A DNA stretch of 64,000 nt, taken from NCBI RefSeq assembly GCF_009914755.1, contig NC_060931.1. One strand, 5' to 3'. The position numbers and the translations under genes are program-made. The notes below the pieces were generated by a model. It worked only from the letters and a program-made list of their open reading frames with translations, was not told where the DNA came from and did not search any database. The DNA comes from the human T2T-CHM13v2.0 reference genome, Homo sapiens. Positions 1-20,271 of this stretch are shown in pieces (the first letter of the stretch is position 1; the number at the start of each line of letters is the position of its first letter).

Positions 1-152
1 TAATTTTTTGAGGAGCCTACAGACCATTTTCTAGAGCAAGTACATTTTGCATTCCCATCAAAGTGCACAAAGATTCCAATTTCTCCATATCCTCTCCATC
101 ACTTTTTATTTTCCAGTTTTTTGATAGTGGCCATTCTAACAAGTGTGTGTGA

Positions 153-715
<563 letters not shown>

Positions 716-1330
716 TGAGTTTTAGGAGTTCTTTATATATTCTAGATATTAATCCCTTATCATATATGAGGTTTGCAAACATTTTCTCCCATTTTTTAGG
801 TTGCCTTTTTACTCTGTTGATTGTTTTCTTTGCTGTTCAGAGTTTTAAAGTTTGACAAAGTCCTCTTTGTCTGTTTTTGTTTTTGTTACCTGTGCTTTTG
901 GTGTCATATCCAATCCAATGTCATGATGCTTTTCCCTTGTGTTTTTTTCCTAGTTTTATAGTTTTGGATCTTATATTTATGCATTTAATCCATTTTGAAT
1001 TGATTGTTTCCTATGGTATAAAGTAAGAATCTCCAACTTTATTCTTTTGCATGTGGAGATCCAATTTTCCCAGCACCGTTTATTGAAGAGACCATCCTTA
1101 CCCACTGTGTAGCCTTAGCCCTTGTCAAAGATCATTTGACCATATAGGCAAAAGTTTATTTCTGGGCTATTTTGATCTATTGGTCTATGTGTCTGTATTT
1201 GGGTCAGTACCATGCTGCCTTGATTATGATAGCTTCATAATATGTTTCAAAATCAGGAAGTGTGAAGCCTCCAGTTTTGTTCTTCTTTCTCAGGATTGTT
1301 TTGGCTCTTTAGAGTCCTTCAAGATTCCAA

Positions 1331-1625
1331 GGCCAGGCACCGTGGCTCACACCTGTAATCCCAGCACTTTGGGAGGCCGAGGCAGTCTGATCACCTGAGG
1401 TCAGGAGTTCAAGACCAGCCTGGCCAACATGGTGAAGCCCTGTCTCTACTAAAAATACAAAAATTAGCCAGGCATGGTGGCGGGCCCCTGTAATCCCAGC
1501 TACTCAGGAGGCCGAGGCAGAATTGCTTGAACCCGGGAGGCAGAAGTTGCAGTGAGCCGAGATTGCACCACTGCACTCTAGCCTGGGCGACAGAGTGAGA
1601 CTCTATCTCAAAAAAAGAAAAAAAT
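1331..1625 (+). mobile_element. AluS
   Basis: ggccaggcaccgtggctcac...A tail. Confidence 0.9.
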
Positions 1626-1809
1626 TCCGTATGAATTTTAGTTTAGTTTTTTTTTTTCTATTTCTGCAAAAAATGCCATCAGGATTTTGGTAGGAATTGC
1701 ATTGAATCAATAGATTGCTTTGGTTAGTGTGGACATCTTAGCCATATTAAGTCTTCCCATCCATGAACGAGAAATGTCTTTCCATTTATTCGTGTCCTCT
1801 TTAATTTCT

Positions 1810-2105
<296 letters not shown>

Positions 2106-3027
2106 CTCTTTAATTTCTTTCAGCAATGTTTTTCTAGTTTCCATTGTAGTCTTTTGCCTCCTTGGTTAGGTTTAATCCTAAGTATTTCATTCTTCTTGAT
2201 GCTATTGTAAATAGAATTATTTTGTTCATTTCCTTTTTTAAGATTGTTCATTATTAGTGTATAGAAATGCAACTGATTTTGGGGTGTTGATTTTGTATCC
2301 TGCAACTTTGCCAAATTTGTTTATTAGTTGTTTTTTTTCCCCCACAGAACCATCAAGTCCAATGTTTATTAGTTTTAACAGCTTTTTTTATGGACTCTTA
2401 TAGGGTTTTCTATATATAAAGTTATTTTGTCAGTTAAAAGAGATATTTTTACTTCTTCCTTTCCAATTTCTGTGCCATGTATTTCTTTTTCTTGCTTAAT
2501 TGCTCTAGCTAGGAGTTCCAGGACCATGCTGAATAGAAGTGTTGAAACCAAGCATCTTTTCCTTGTTCCCAATCACAGGGGAACACCTTTCAGTTTTTCA
2601 CCATTGATTATGATCTCAGCTGTGCACAACCCCATTATTAAACTTTCCTGGAACAGCTTCGTTTGGGTGTGTCATCTGTTTCCTGCAGGCCCCTGAATGA
2701 GATGCCTGTAAAAGGTGTAAATAAGCCAGATCCCAGGACAGGCTGTATAAATGCTTACTCCAGAGTGTGCAGAAGTAATTTTCATGACCAGTTCTGGGCT
2801 TGATGCTGCCCATGAGTTTGTGCCATTTGTGCTGATCAGAATAAATTTGTTCAGAACAACTTTATTTTTCCAGATGGTCAGAATTTTAAGCAGTAGATAA
2901 GACTGGTCTTGCATTGTTAGCCTCTTATATAAATGTATACATTTTCTTTCAGAAAGATTTTTTGGTTTTTAGCACTTTGGTGCTTAATTGTTCACAGTGC
3001 TTAGGCAACATCAAATGAAGAAGTTAA

Positions 3028-3330
<303 letters not shown>

Positions 3331-4340
3331 TAGGGATGCCCTGACCCTGGAGTGTGAGATTGAGATGGTCCTAGATTCTTGCTTTTTTCCCTCCTCATGT
3401 TTAATTTCATGAGCTTGGGAAATTTTGTAATCTCCAAAGAGCCTGAGTATCATAGCACCCACCTTGAAGTATTGTATGAGGATTAAATGGTGTAGTATAT
3501 ATTGAAGAGCTTAGTTTGCTACTGTGCCCAACAAATAATAGATACTCTGTAAACAGTAGTTAGTATTAAAAAGTTTTGTTAAATTTAGGAAGTATATTCT
3601 GGTTCTGTGAATGAAAAAAATAATTTTTAAAGTAGTTTCTTGCCGGTGCATTGTTGCTGCTTGCCTGTGTTCTGTGCTTGGGAGTCTTTGAAGTCTTGCT
3701 TTCTGGCCCATTATTATAATAAATCTGCCAGTTTGATGATAGCTTAGTGGCAGGGCGAGTCCCCAGCCAAGTGTAATTCAAGAGCAGGCATTCCAGGGGG
3801 TGGGGATTGGGGCCCCGGAGGTAGAGGGTGGAGGTGTAAAGCTGACTTGGGCACACAACTGGCCATGTGCTTTTGTCCTCTGGCTTGTTGGCCTGTACTT
3901 GAAATCTTGCTTTCTGTTCACTGACCTTGAAGAAAGGAAACTTATTAAAATAGGCTGTAAAACTAGGAGGAGAGGGAGAAGAGGGCCAGGTCTCAGGAAG
4001 CTGCCCTGAGGGGAGTGGTGAGGTGGACTCTGTTGCTCGCCCAAACTGTTCATTAGGGAAAAAGAGGAAAAAGTGAAAATATGTTGCAAAATGAAGGGTG
4101 ACGCATTCTCATGAAGTAAATCCCAGCAGCTCTTAACATTTTATTACATAATTAATTACATTATCATTTTGAAATGTAAGATAATTAAAGAGAAAACAAA
4201 TTCAGTCACCTGAAGTCCTCTACCTGTAGATGATAGATAATATTTCATGTATTGCCTTGTGGATTTTTTCATATGCATCTATATATGTAAGTTGAAAACG
4301 GAGTGATTTTATACTGTGTTAACCTGTTCCCCCCCCACCC

Positions 4341-4677
<337 letters not shown>

Positions 4678-5190
4678 TGAGTAAAAATCTGTTATAAAAT
4701 TCCATAGAGCATTTTATTTTATGTCTTCTGAAACCCTGTGGGTCTCTATCAGTATATAAGGTACTTGTAGGCAAAGTCCATGCCTTGTACTTTATATCCC
4801 CCAAAGCACCTGGCACAGTCCCCTAATAGGCAAACCCCTGTTGATTGCTAAATTTGACATTGAAGAAGATAAAGGTGTGAGTCACAGCCATGATTTCCTT
4901 ATTTATCTTTTGATCTAAGGCTGTTGCCTATCAGCCTTTAAAACACGTATATTAGTGATCCTAAGACTACATCATACTTTCTATTACCTGTGATAATTAT
5001 AGCAATATTGGCATAACACTTAGGTTTTCAGAGCATTTTTCACGTTGTTACACAGATCCTGGGGAGGCTGTTATTATTTCTTGCATTTTGCAGTGGAGGA
5101 AACTGAGGTTAAGAGAGTTTAAGTATGTTTTATGCTGTTATCATGCTGCCTCTGTGTTTAACTTAGCTGGATGACTTTAAAAAAAATCAA

Positions 5191-5213
5191 GTGTGTGTGT
5201 GTGTGTGTGTGTG
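5191..5213. repeat. (GT)n microsatellite
   Basis: Direct reading. Confidence 0.9.
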
Positions 5214-5217
5214 TTAA

Positions 5218-5890
<673 letters not shown>

Positions 5891-6226
5891 CCCTGGCCTG
5901 ACCACAGCCAACTCTTTCTTTTTTGTGTGTGTGAAAGAATAGGTAACTATTTTGCAAAATCAGTTTAACACATTTTTTTTTTTTTGGAGAGAGTTATGCT
6001 GATTCTTATTGAACTAGATTTGCTGGCAATATTCAAGGTAGTCTAAAATTTCCAACCCTACAAGTACTGTCCAGTGGAGATGTTCCTGTATCAGTAACTC
6101 CTAGGCAGGGTTTTTGCTTTGCTATGGCCCCATTACATCTGTGGGCACATTTTTACAGGTTGGTTTTTACTGAGGAAGGGACTATTTATACTTTTCTTTC
6201 TCTTTCCCTACCCTTTGGGCCTTCAG

Positions 6227-6372
6227 CTATGACAGAGACTCCACTTTCAATGTGTTTGTGGGAAAAGGACAGCTGATCACAGGGATGGACCAGGCTCTTG
6301 TTGGGATGTGCGTAAACGAGAGACGTTTCGTGAAGATTCCCCCAAAGCTTGCCTACGGAAATGAAGGAGTTT
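6227..6372 (+). CDS. FKBP9: FKBP9 coding exon 2 (146 bp; second half of FKBP domain 1)
   Basis: cttcag|CTATGAC...GGAGTTT|gtaag; translates (S)YDRDSTFNVFVGKGQLITGMDQALVGMCVNERRFVKIPPKLAYGNEGV; exon number assumes one upstream exon. Confidence 0.96.
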
Positions 6373-6791
6373 GTAAGCTTTTCTTCCTCGTTTATAAACA
6401 CGTCAGCAGAAACAATGAGAACACTTTTAGGATGTTAAGTCAAACAGACTGGAGAATCTTGGAAGCTTTAGATTGGGGGAAAATGAAAAGCAGTGAACTC
6501 ATACACAGCTAAAATTTCCATCTTAGGTTTATTTCTTCTAGATGTGAAAGAAAGTGTCATTAACACAGATGTACTGAATGATACCCTCAATGAGAAGAAG
6601 ACTGTTTTTTCTCTTTTCTTTCAATTTCATTTGGAGGAAAGAGGGAGGAAGAATGGGTCATTTTGGGATTGTATAGCGGTGACTGCTTGAACCCTTTTGG
6701 CCCACATTCACCTTGGGAGCATCCTAGGTGTTTATTTATCTGGCCTGAAAGGCAGCAACTGTGAACTCAGTGTGTAATCTTTAATTTCTAG

Positions 6792-6981
6792 CTGGTGTGA
6801 TCCCCCCCAATTCAGTGCTTCATTTTGATGTACTTCTGATGGATATTTGGAATTCTGAAGACCAGGTTCAGATTCACACCTATTTCAAGCCCCCGAGTTG
6901 CCCTCGGACCATCCAGGTGTCTGATTTTGTGAGGTACCACTACAACGGGACGTTCCTGGACGGAACTCTGTTTGATTCGAG
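6792..6981 (+). CDS. FKBP9: FKBP9 coding exon 3 (190 bp)
   Basis: ttctag|CTGGTGTG...TTCGAG|gtaag; [15 protein letters not shown]...[15 protein letters not shown]; phase continuous with neighbouring exons. Confidence 0.96.
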
Positions 6982-7216
6982 GTAAGTCCTGTCGTTCATG
7001 GCAGTATCAGTGAAATGTCCCATGCATAGTTCTTTCCTTCTGTCTTACTTGCTTTTTATGCTGATGGGGATACCAGAATAAGGACTCTTCTCAACTGTAA
7101 TCAGTACTGAACTCATCTACTTAAGACTTTTGGTCAGTGTTGCATCTTCTCTGGTGCCAGAGTCAAAATTTTAATACATCTTAGAAACATTGAAGAGCAG
7201 TGTTTATCTAACTTAA

Positions 7217-7556
<340 letters not shown>

Positions 7557-7964
7557 GTGTAAGTCTCTATTTCTAAGGAGGCTTATGCACGTTTTGGTTC
7601 CTTTTTATAGTTTTCCCATGGAAGCAAGAGGGAAAAGATGAATGTATGTGAAGCTATGGAGAGGCATGGGGCTACACGGGAGATCAGGGAACCCTTCGCA
7701 ATTTCTTCTCATTAGAGCGTGTTTGATTAGTGGAATAGCTGGCCTGTTTTTGTCTATCACTAGTATAAATGCATGCTTTTTATTTCTTTCTAAACTTGAG
7801 GACATCTGCCCTGTGTTTGGGGGAAAAGATCCATAAATGTCTATCTCTAGGATGGGTATGGGATCATCGTTTAGCTGATATTTGGGTAAGAAAAACCGTA
7901 CGGAGAGATGAGTTGGAAATATCCTCATGGTGTGGAACTTTTTCCCTTTCTCATTACCTTTCAG

Positions 7965-8110
7965 TCACAATCGCATGAAAACATATGACACGTATGTGGG
8001 AATTGGCTGGCTGATTCCTGGAATGGATAAAGGGCTGCTGGGGATGTGTGTGGGTGAGAAGCGCATCATCACCATTCCTCCTTTTCTGGCCTATGGAGAG
8101 GATGGAGATG
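7965..8110 (+). CDS. FKBP9: FKBP9 coding exon 4 (146 bp)
   Basis: tttcag|TCACAAT...GGAGATG|gtaag; [48 protein letters not shown]. Confidence 0.96.
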
Positions 8111-8216
8111 GTAAGTCCTTCTCCTTCTTGGAGCCACTCTTTCCTACCCTTATTTTTATTGCAGTGGTTAATTCAGTTGTCACCACATGAAACCCACTAG
8201 ACCTTTCGGTCTAGAC

Positions 8217-8411
8217 CTACACTGGCCAATATGGTAACCACTAGCTACATGTGGCTATTAATTAGCTAAAATTTAAAATTCAGTTCCTTGGTCACACTGC
8301 TACATTTTAGGTACCCAATAGCCTCACGTTGCTGAGGACCACCATAGTGGACAGTGCAGATACAGACCCAGATCATTTCCATCACTCAGAAAGTTCTATT
8401 TGACAGTGCTA
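8217..8411 (-). mobile_element. MER3-like hAT-Charlie DNA transposon
   Basis: ccaatatggtaaccactagctacatgtggctatt...aaagttctatttgacagtgct matches recalled MER3 ends. Confidence 0.75.
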
Positions 8412-8884
8412 GTCTGGATTGTCTGCTGTCTGATGATTGAGTTGCAGAAATTTCCACTTACTTATAGTCATTGGCATTCATAAGTAACCCCCTCTGCCCC
8501 TGTTGTACCTGCCATGGCCTTGGCCACCAACCTCTCTGGCTTTAACATTTGTGAAATGAGACTTGAATTAGACACTATAAAAGTTGCAGATATCCAGGTA
8601 GAAATTTAGCCATACAATGTCAGAATTGCCAGATTTCCCCGTTTGCACCTCTACGATGAGTTTTACCTATGGCATTAACTCCATATGGACAAAAGCAAAG
8701 TGTAATGTTAGAAAACACATTAATTACAACTAGTGTCCTGTTTGTAGTTTTACTGTGAAGGAAAACACATAATATTGACTGATAAATGGAATGTCTCAGG
8801 TACTCATGTTTGAATTTCAGGTGCGTTTAGTCATATTGACATGCTGGCACAACATAGAGACCGGTAGACATTTAAACAGCAGAT

Positions 8885-9225
8885 GGATACAATGATGTGT
8901 TGATTCATAATGGGGATATGTTCTGAGAAAGGCATCATTAGGCAATTGCATTGTTGTGCAAATGCCATAGAGTGCACTTACACAATCCTAGGTGCTACAT
9001 CCTGCTGCACACTTAGGCTGTGTGGTGTAACCTGTTTCCTCTAGGCTGCAAACCTGCACAGCATCTGTACTGAATCCTGTGAGCTACTGTAACACAATGG
9101 TAAGAATTTGTGTATCTAAACATAGAAAAGGTACAGTAAAGACATGATATGATAATCTCATGGGACCACTCTCATATATGTGGTCTGTTGTTGACCAAAA
9201 CTTCATTGTGCAGCACATGATTTTG
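8885..9225 (-). mobile_element. Tigger3-like TcMar DNA transposon
   Basis: tctaaacatagaaaaggtacagtaaa...atgggaccac...gttgaccaaaac matches recalled Tigger3a. Confidence 0.7.
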
Positions 9226-9366
9226 TAGTTAAGGATATAAATGAGAACATGATGCTTCTTAAGAAGTTTACTGATAGTGATAGCCAGCTTACAATAGCCA
9301 ATATGTTTTCAACGTTTTTTCCTGGCTCTGTGGAGCGGAGCAGGAGCAGAAGGGAGCCTGAGGTGA

Positions 9367-10265
<899 letters not shown>

Positions 10266-10558
10266 AGTTACTGTTTTCTTATTGATGTTCAAATGGTCTT
10301 GTCCTTGGCCCCAAGAAGTTCATTCACGTTGGCTCCCAGATCCTTTTGTCATCAGCCACATAACAAAACCAGATGTGAGCCTAATATGAGAAATATTATT
10401 TCTTTACTTTAAATAAATAATAGCTTATTTAGAGTAGTTATTTTTGAATACTTTATACTTGAATACTGTGCTCGGCTATCCAAGTATAACTTTAAATGGG
10501 TGAACTGTATGGTATGTGAATTATATCTCTGCAAAGTTGCTATAGAAAACATTATTCA

Positions 10559-10903
<345 letters not shown>

Positions 10904-11033
10904 TTAAACCCCATGGTTACTTTTAAGGCTTTCATTTTTCTCTTAAATGAAAAGATACAGTAAGGCACAAAAGATTAATATTCTATCTCCCACGCATGCG
11001 ATTTAGGGATTGACCACACCTTGCATTCCAGGG

Positions 11034-11045
11034 GCTGACTCAGCA
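11034..11045. promoter_or_regulatory. MARE/ARE-type site GCTGACTCAGCA
   Basis: 12/13 match to the T-MARE palindrome TGCTGACTCAGCA; motif only. Confidence 0.35.
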
Positions 11046-11972
11046 GCCGGCTTTCAGCAGATTTCATCATTCCTTGGATGGGAAGGAGATGCAGGGTGGG
11101 CTTTGCCAAAGGCCAGTGGAAGGAGCTCAGGCTTGGCGGCATCTGGTTTGCTTGTCTGGGCCTACTCCTTTGCATGATATAACAAATGGCAGGTAAAACT
11201 GAGGGATTGGTTTGTTGGTTAACTTTCTACTATCCCAAATTACTGGATTTTGAGTTATTTATTGGTTGATGTTGATCTTTGCAGGAAGAACTAGTGTCCT
11301 GTAATCTCTTCATGTGGATTTCATTTTGCAGATATTCAAAATATTCCCACTGGCAGGAACATCCAAGAGAAGCAGTACTACCCAGAAGTGAGATAGAAGT
11401 GATTTGAGGACTATTTATTTATATTTTGGATTGTGGGTGCCATTTTTTTCTCTGTTATTCTGCTTTCATCTTATTTATATCTTGCTTTGGATATACTTAA
11501 AGCATTGAGTTTTACTTTTTGCCTCTAAAAAATTGGCCGTTCGTTTCAAAGAACAAGTCTGTGTACAGTTCTCCAGAACCAGACCAGAGATTTGGAATTT
11601 TCTCCTTTAAATGTCTGTGGTTTGCATTTATTCACAAACAGAAACCCACAGAGGTATGTATTTGGGTTTGCCTGTGGGTGCCTGCCCACCTACATAAAGC
11701 CTTGATTTTCCAGCATGAGTCCAGAAAATATGGTCATGGTAGTCTCTTATGTCATTAATACCAATTTTCTCCTTTTGCTGAGTCAGGTTTTAGATTATAC
11801 CATCAGCCCATGGTTGGACACCATGGGGGCCCATTCAAGACCTGGAAGAACATTTGTTTCCTTGGCTTCAAAACCTCAAGAAATGAATAACACCAACCCC
11901 AAGCCTGTTGAGTTGTAAAGTACTTCCTAAATCCTGTGTCCCGTTTAATCATCTTCTCCCATTCCATTCTAG

Positions 11973-12162
11973 GGAAAGACATTCCCGGTCAGGCATCTCT
12001 GGTGTTTGATGTTGCATTATTGGACCTCCATAACCCCAAGGACAGCATTTCCATTGAGAACAAGGTAGTACCTGAAAACTGTGAGCGGATAAGTCAAAGT
12101 GGGGACTTTCTCAGGTATCATTACAATGGCACGCTTCTGGATGGCACCCTCTTTGATTCCAG
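11973..12162 (+). CDS. FKBP9: FKBP9 coding exon 5 (190 bp)
   Basis: ttctag|GGAAAGAC...TCCAG|gtaag; [23 protein letters not shown]...[15 protein letters not shown]. Confidence 0.96.
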
Positions 12163-13351
12163 GTAAGGAAATGATTAAAGTCTTCAATTGCCAGAACATT
12201 GTATTAAATAAAGTCTGCCATTGGCTGGACCATGATTTAAATACTCTGTCCATGCTGATTTGTAGTTGGCATTTTCATCTCTAATACAAGTTTCTGTTTT
12301 CTGATACTTAGTTCTTTCCTCCCTTCCTTCCTTCCTTTCTTTCTTTCTTTTTTTTTGAGACGGGGTCTCGTTCTGTCATCCAGTGTGGAGTGCAGTGCAG
12401 CTGCATGATCGTGGCTTTCTGCAGCCTTGAACTCCTGGGCTCAAGCAATTCTCTCATCTCAGCCTCCTTAGTAGCTAGGACGATAGGCGTGTGCCACCAT
12501 GCTTGGCTAATGTTTTATTTTTTGTAGAGATGGGCTTAAGTTTCTTCATAGGCTCTTGTAACCATTTCTTTCTTGGGGGCTGTTTTAGATGGTTCTGCAG
12601 GAAGACAGGAGAGACTCACCCTCGACTCCCACCATCCCCCTATACTGTGCTTAGCTATCCAGTTATAAACCTCATTATGGGGCCCAAGATGAGGAGTGGC
12701 CAGAAGTGATGTCAAGGAGGTACAGTGGGCAGAGAATGGGCTTAATGCCAAGAGAGCTGGGCTCTAGCCCCTGTCTGTGGTGCACTAGCTGTATGACTTT
12801 GGATACTGTTTGACTGCCTTGGACTTCATTTTTCCCTATTCCAGCAACTTTGTCAAGTAGGTGGTTAGATTAAAGAGATAAGGTATGTGTCACAGTGCTT
12901 TACAAATTTCAGAGGCTGATCAGCTGGACGGCACTGGTTGGATGCATTCAGCTCCCTTCTGGATGCTGGGTGCCATAGAGGCTAATTACTGGCCTCTTTT
13001 GTTGTTCAAAGTTTTGTTTTGTTTATCAGCCATGGCCTGCAATTGTAGAGATGGCTTGTGTTTGGCCTGTTTTGCTCATTCTAGTGGCATGTGTTGTTTG
13101 AAACTACTCCTTTAGCTTCCAGTAGAGCAAACAAGTAGTGACAGCAACCTCCCTGTCTCTGAGGTGATAGACTTCTAGTTAATGTAGTCATCCAAAACCA
13201 TTACAGAAGAATTTGTATATGGCATTATTTCATTTGAATAATTCATTCTTGTTCCTAGGATCTCTTTTAAATTTGTCATTTAAATTTTTTGGAAAAGAGT
13301 AATAGTTACATAGCTCAAAACCAAAACAAAGTATGCATTAAGATATGTTGT

Positions 13352-13944
<593 letters not shown>

Positions 13945-14590
13945 TAAAATGCAAATATAAGGAAACACAAATGTTATTTTCTTCTCCTTAAATTATACGG
14001 ATTTCAGAATATAGTATTACTAGGGAACAAGGTGGTGTTCTCCTTGATTTTTGTTACTCTGGGATTTTTCCATACTAATACATAGAGAGAAATCCTTTAT
14101 TTTTTACATCTACGTGGCGTCCCATTGGGTGAGTATATTGTATTTAGATAACCATTCCCCTATTGATGAATATTTGAGTTGTTTTTATCTTTTTCTGTTA
14201 CCAAAAAAAAATCATTTAGTGCATATATGTATTATTCTTTGTTACATTCCAGTGTGGTTCTGTTCTTTATTCCCTGGAATTATATTTCCAATTGAAAGAC
14301 CACTTTTCTGTGTACACCAGATTTCTGTTCATATAATGGAACCACAGTTTTCTTAGGTTTCAAGAGCTTTCCATTTTAGTACAGTGGGATCTAGCCCATT
14401 CTAACAGCTGCATATATTTCATTGTATAGATTTGCCTATATTTAGGTAATCAATCCTTGTTGTTTGTCCTGTATGTTTCCTGTATTTTGACACTTAAGGC
14501 TGCAGTAATTATTTTTGTAGGGAAATCTTAAAATATATGATTAATTGTTTCCCTGGGATACATCGCTAGAAGAATCTCTGGGTCAAAGGT

Positions 14591-14592
<2 letters not shown>

Positions 14593-14642
<50 letters not shown>

Positions 14643-14654
14643 TATGTGTGTGTG

Positions 14655-14655
<1 letters not shown>
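14593..14655. repeat. (TG)n microsatellite, ~24 pure units plus an interrupted tail
   Basis: Direct reading. Confidence 0.92.
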
Positions 14656-17100
<2,445 letters not shown>

Positions 17101-17243
17101 CAGTGTTATTAATTTCATAGGTGTTCCATACATATATAATGAAGTACATATATGTATATATTTCCTGCTTAATTTTTTACAAGAATGATAGCTTGCTGTA
17201 TACTGCACCTTAAAAATAGCATTCTTAATTATTTCTTTTTTCA

Positions 17244-17669
<426 letters not shown>

Positions 17670-18835
17670 TCACTTTTCCATTGGGGAACAGGATGGTTTT
17701 GCATTTACTTGTCTTTAACTTTTATTCAGCATTTACTACAATTCAAGCCCACCCCGCCACTCCGTCTCTCCTTCTGAGGCTCTTATATCCTGCCTCTTGG
17801 CTTGGCCCTTGCTGCCAGACCATTGCTCTTCCCTTAGGCAGATCCCACAGCCTTCGGTGTCTGCTATCTCCCCTCTGCCATGGAATCTTTGCAACTATTC
17901 CAGTGGGCAGCAATCCCCGCTGTGGGTACCTGCCATCTCTCTCACTACTTGGTGTCCCTTTGTCGGGAGCCCACCACATAGGTATCCTTCTCTTCCCTGA
18001 ATGTCTGGCAGTGGCTGCACATTGCTGGTGATCCCCAGGGTCCTGCAGGTGGGAACCTCGGGAGGGTGAGCCCTGCTCTGGCTGAAGGATGCTGGGAGCC
18101 GACACGGTCCTCCTCTTCCCTGCTGTGTTCCCCTCCAGGCCTTCCTGGCCAGTGCACCAGGAGGAGGATTGGAGCTGCTCAGCGTGGGGTGCTGTTCTCA
18201 GTGGGTGGGAAGGGGGACTCACAGCCTCGTCTGGGAGTTTATGTGGACAATCTCCTGCTTCCTGGGTGAGGAGAGACATCTGTTGTGATTCTTTCTTCGT
18301 GCCCCATGACTTTGTGGTCTTTGAGGGGTATTGAGAAGGGAGAACCCCCACAGCTCTGCCTGTGTATCGGCCTGGCCCCGCTCGGCGGTCCTTCTTCTCC
18401 GGGGCATCATGCCCTGGCTTTGAGGTGAGGGAATGGCAGGACCGACTGGCTCTTTCAGGACAGGCTTTCTGCCTCATCGGCACCAGGTGGTGTGGGGAAG
18501 GGGTGCAGGTCACGTGGTCCAGTTTGATAGTGGACTTGTGGCATATGAAGTTTTATTATTTTATTCTGGAATCATTATGCTGTGGGGAATTGATTCCTCT
18601 TTTTACCAAACTCATGGTAATAGAATCACTCAGTAGTTTACACACAGGCTGGATCTCTCCACTGAGTGGACTTGGGGCTCCTGCCAGGAGCACTTGGAAA
18701 ACCCAAGTATTCACCAGGGTGGCGGGGTGAGCAGGGGTGATAGTGGGGGCCTTTTGTCGGGCTGTGGTGGAGAGTGCGGAATTCATTACTCTCAGTGTGT
18801 ATGCTGCTTTCCTGGCGATCGGAATCTTCATGTCA

Positions 18836-19813
18836 GGCTGGGTGCTGTGGCTCAAGCCTGTAATTCCACACTTTCGGAGGCCAGGGCAGGCAGATCGCTT
18901 GAGCCCAGGAGTTCGAGACCAACCTGGGCAACGTGGTGAAACCCCATCTTTACTAAAAATACAAAAATGAGCCAGGCATGGTATTGCATGCTGTAGCCCC
19001 AGCCACTTGAGGGGCTGAGGTGGAAGGATCACTTGAGCCCAGGAGGTTGAGGCTGCAGTGAGCTGAGACCAGACCACTTCACTCCAGCCTGGGAGACAGA
19101 GCAAGACCCTGTCTCAAAAAAAAAAAAAATTAAAAAGTAATTAGAAAATAAAAACAGAATATTCATGTCCCACATATGCAGATATTTTCTCTTTAGATAT
19201 TGGAGACATTATCCTTGTGACACATTCGTAGTTTCTGATAAGGGCTACGTTCGATTCTGTCTTTTGTTTTCAAGACAGGGTCTCATTCTGTCACCCAGGC
19301 TGGAGTGCAGTGTTGTGATCTTGGCTCACTGCAACCTCAACCTCTCCGGCACAAGCAGTCCTCTGACTTCAGCCTCCTGAGTAGCTGGGACTATAGGTGT
19401 GTGCCACCACATCCAGCTAAGTTTTGTAATTTTGTGGTGACAGAGTTTTGCCATGTTGCCCAGGCTGGTTGAGAGCTTGATTGTTTTCATTAACTTGACA
19501 TGGTTATAGAGTGTACAGGCTGGGCACGGTGGCTCATACCTGTCAACCCAGCACTTTGGGAGGCCAAGTCAGGAGGATCACTTGATCCAGGAGCTCAAGA
19601 CCAGGCTGAGCAACATAGTGGGACCCCATCTCTACAAAAAAAAAAAGTATTAGCTAGGTGTGGTAGCATGTGCTTGTAGTCTCAGCTACTTGGGAGGCTG
19701 AGGTGGGAGGATTGCTTGAGCCTGGGAGGTTGAGGCTGCAGTGAGCTGTCTATGATGGTGCCACTGCACACCAGCCTGGGTGACAGAGTGAGACCTTGCC
19801 TCAGAAAAAGAAA
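18836..19813. mobile_element. AluJ cluster: + 18836-19136, - partial 19263-19470, + 19518-19813
   Basis: Alu consensus. Confidence 0.85.
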
Positions 19814-20125
19814 GTATAGTGTTCAATTTACATTAGCTCCATTTCTGTGTGGTGCTTCTCATAACCCACACTGCATTCATAACCTGATGAAACTGGAGGG
19901 CCACATGGCGTGTCCCTACAGGTGGCTGTTCACATGCTGTGTGGGGGTTCCTATTTACCCTTCCAGGGGAGCATGTTTCCTGGCTGTGTCGTCAGATACT
20001 GTGGTTTACGCTGTTCCGGAGTCTGGAGGCCTCTGTGTGCCTTTGCATCTCTTTCCCAACTAATTTGCACAGCTGCTGTGGAGGCCCTCATGAATGACCT
20101 CTTTCTTTCCTTTCTTCTTTTCTAG

Positions 20126-20271
20126 CTACTCTCGGAACCGCACGTTTGACACGTACATTGGGCAGGGCTACGTGATTCCTGGGATGGATGAAGGTCTACT
20201 TGGTGTTTGCATTGGAGAAAAGCGAAGGATTGTGGTCCCGCCTCACCTGGGGTATGGAGAGGAAGGAAGAG
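20126..20271 (+). CDS. FKBP9: FKBP9 coding exon 6 (146 bp)
   Basis: ttctag|CTACTCT...GGAAGAG|gtgag; [48 protein letters not shown]. Confidence 0.96.

Noticed and set aside
17743-18513. 256-aa minus-strand ORF
   Set aside because: No recognisable domain, overlapping ORFs in several frames as expected for GC-rich DNA, non-ATG start and no splice support; treated as non-coding.
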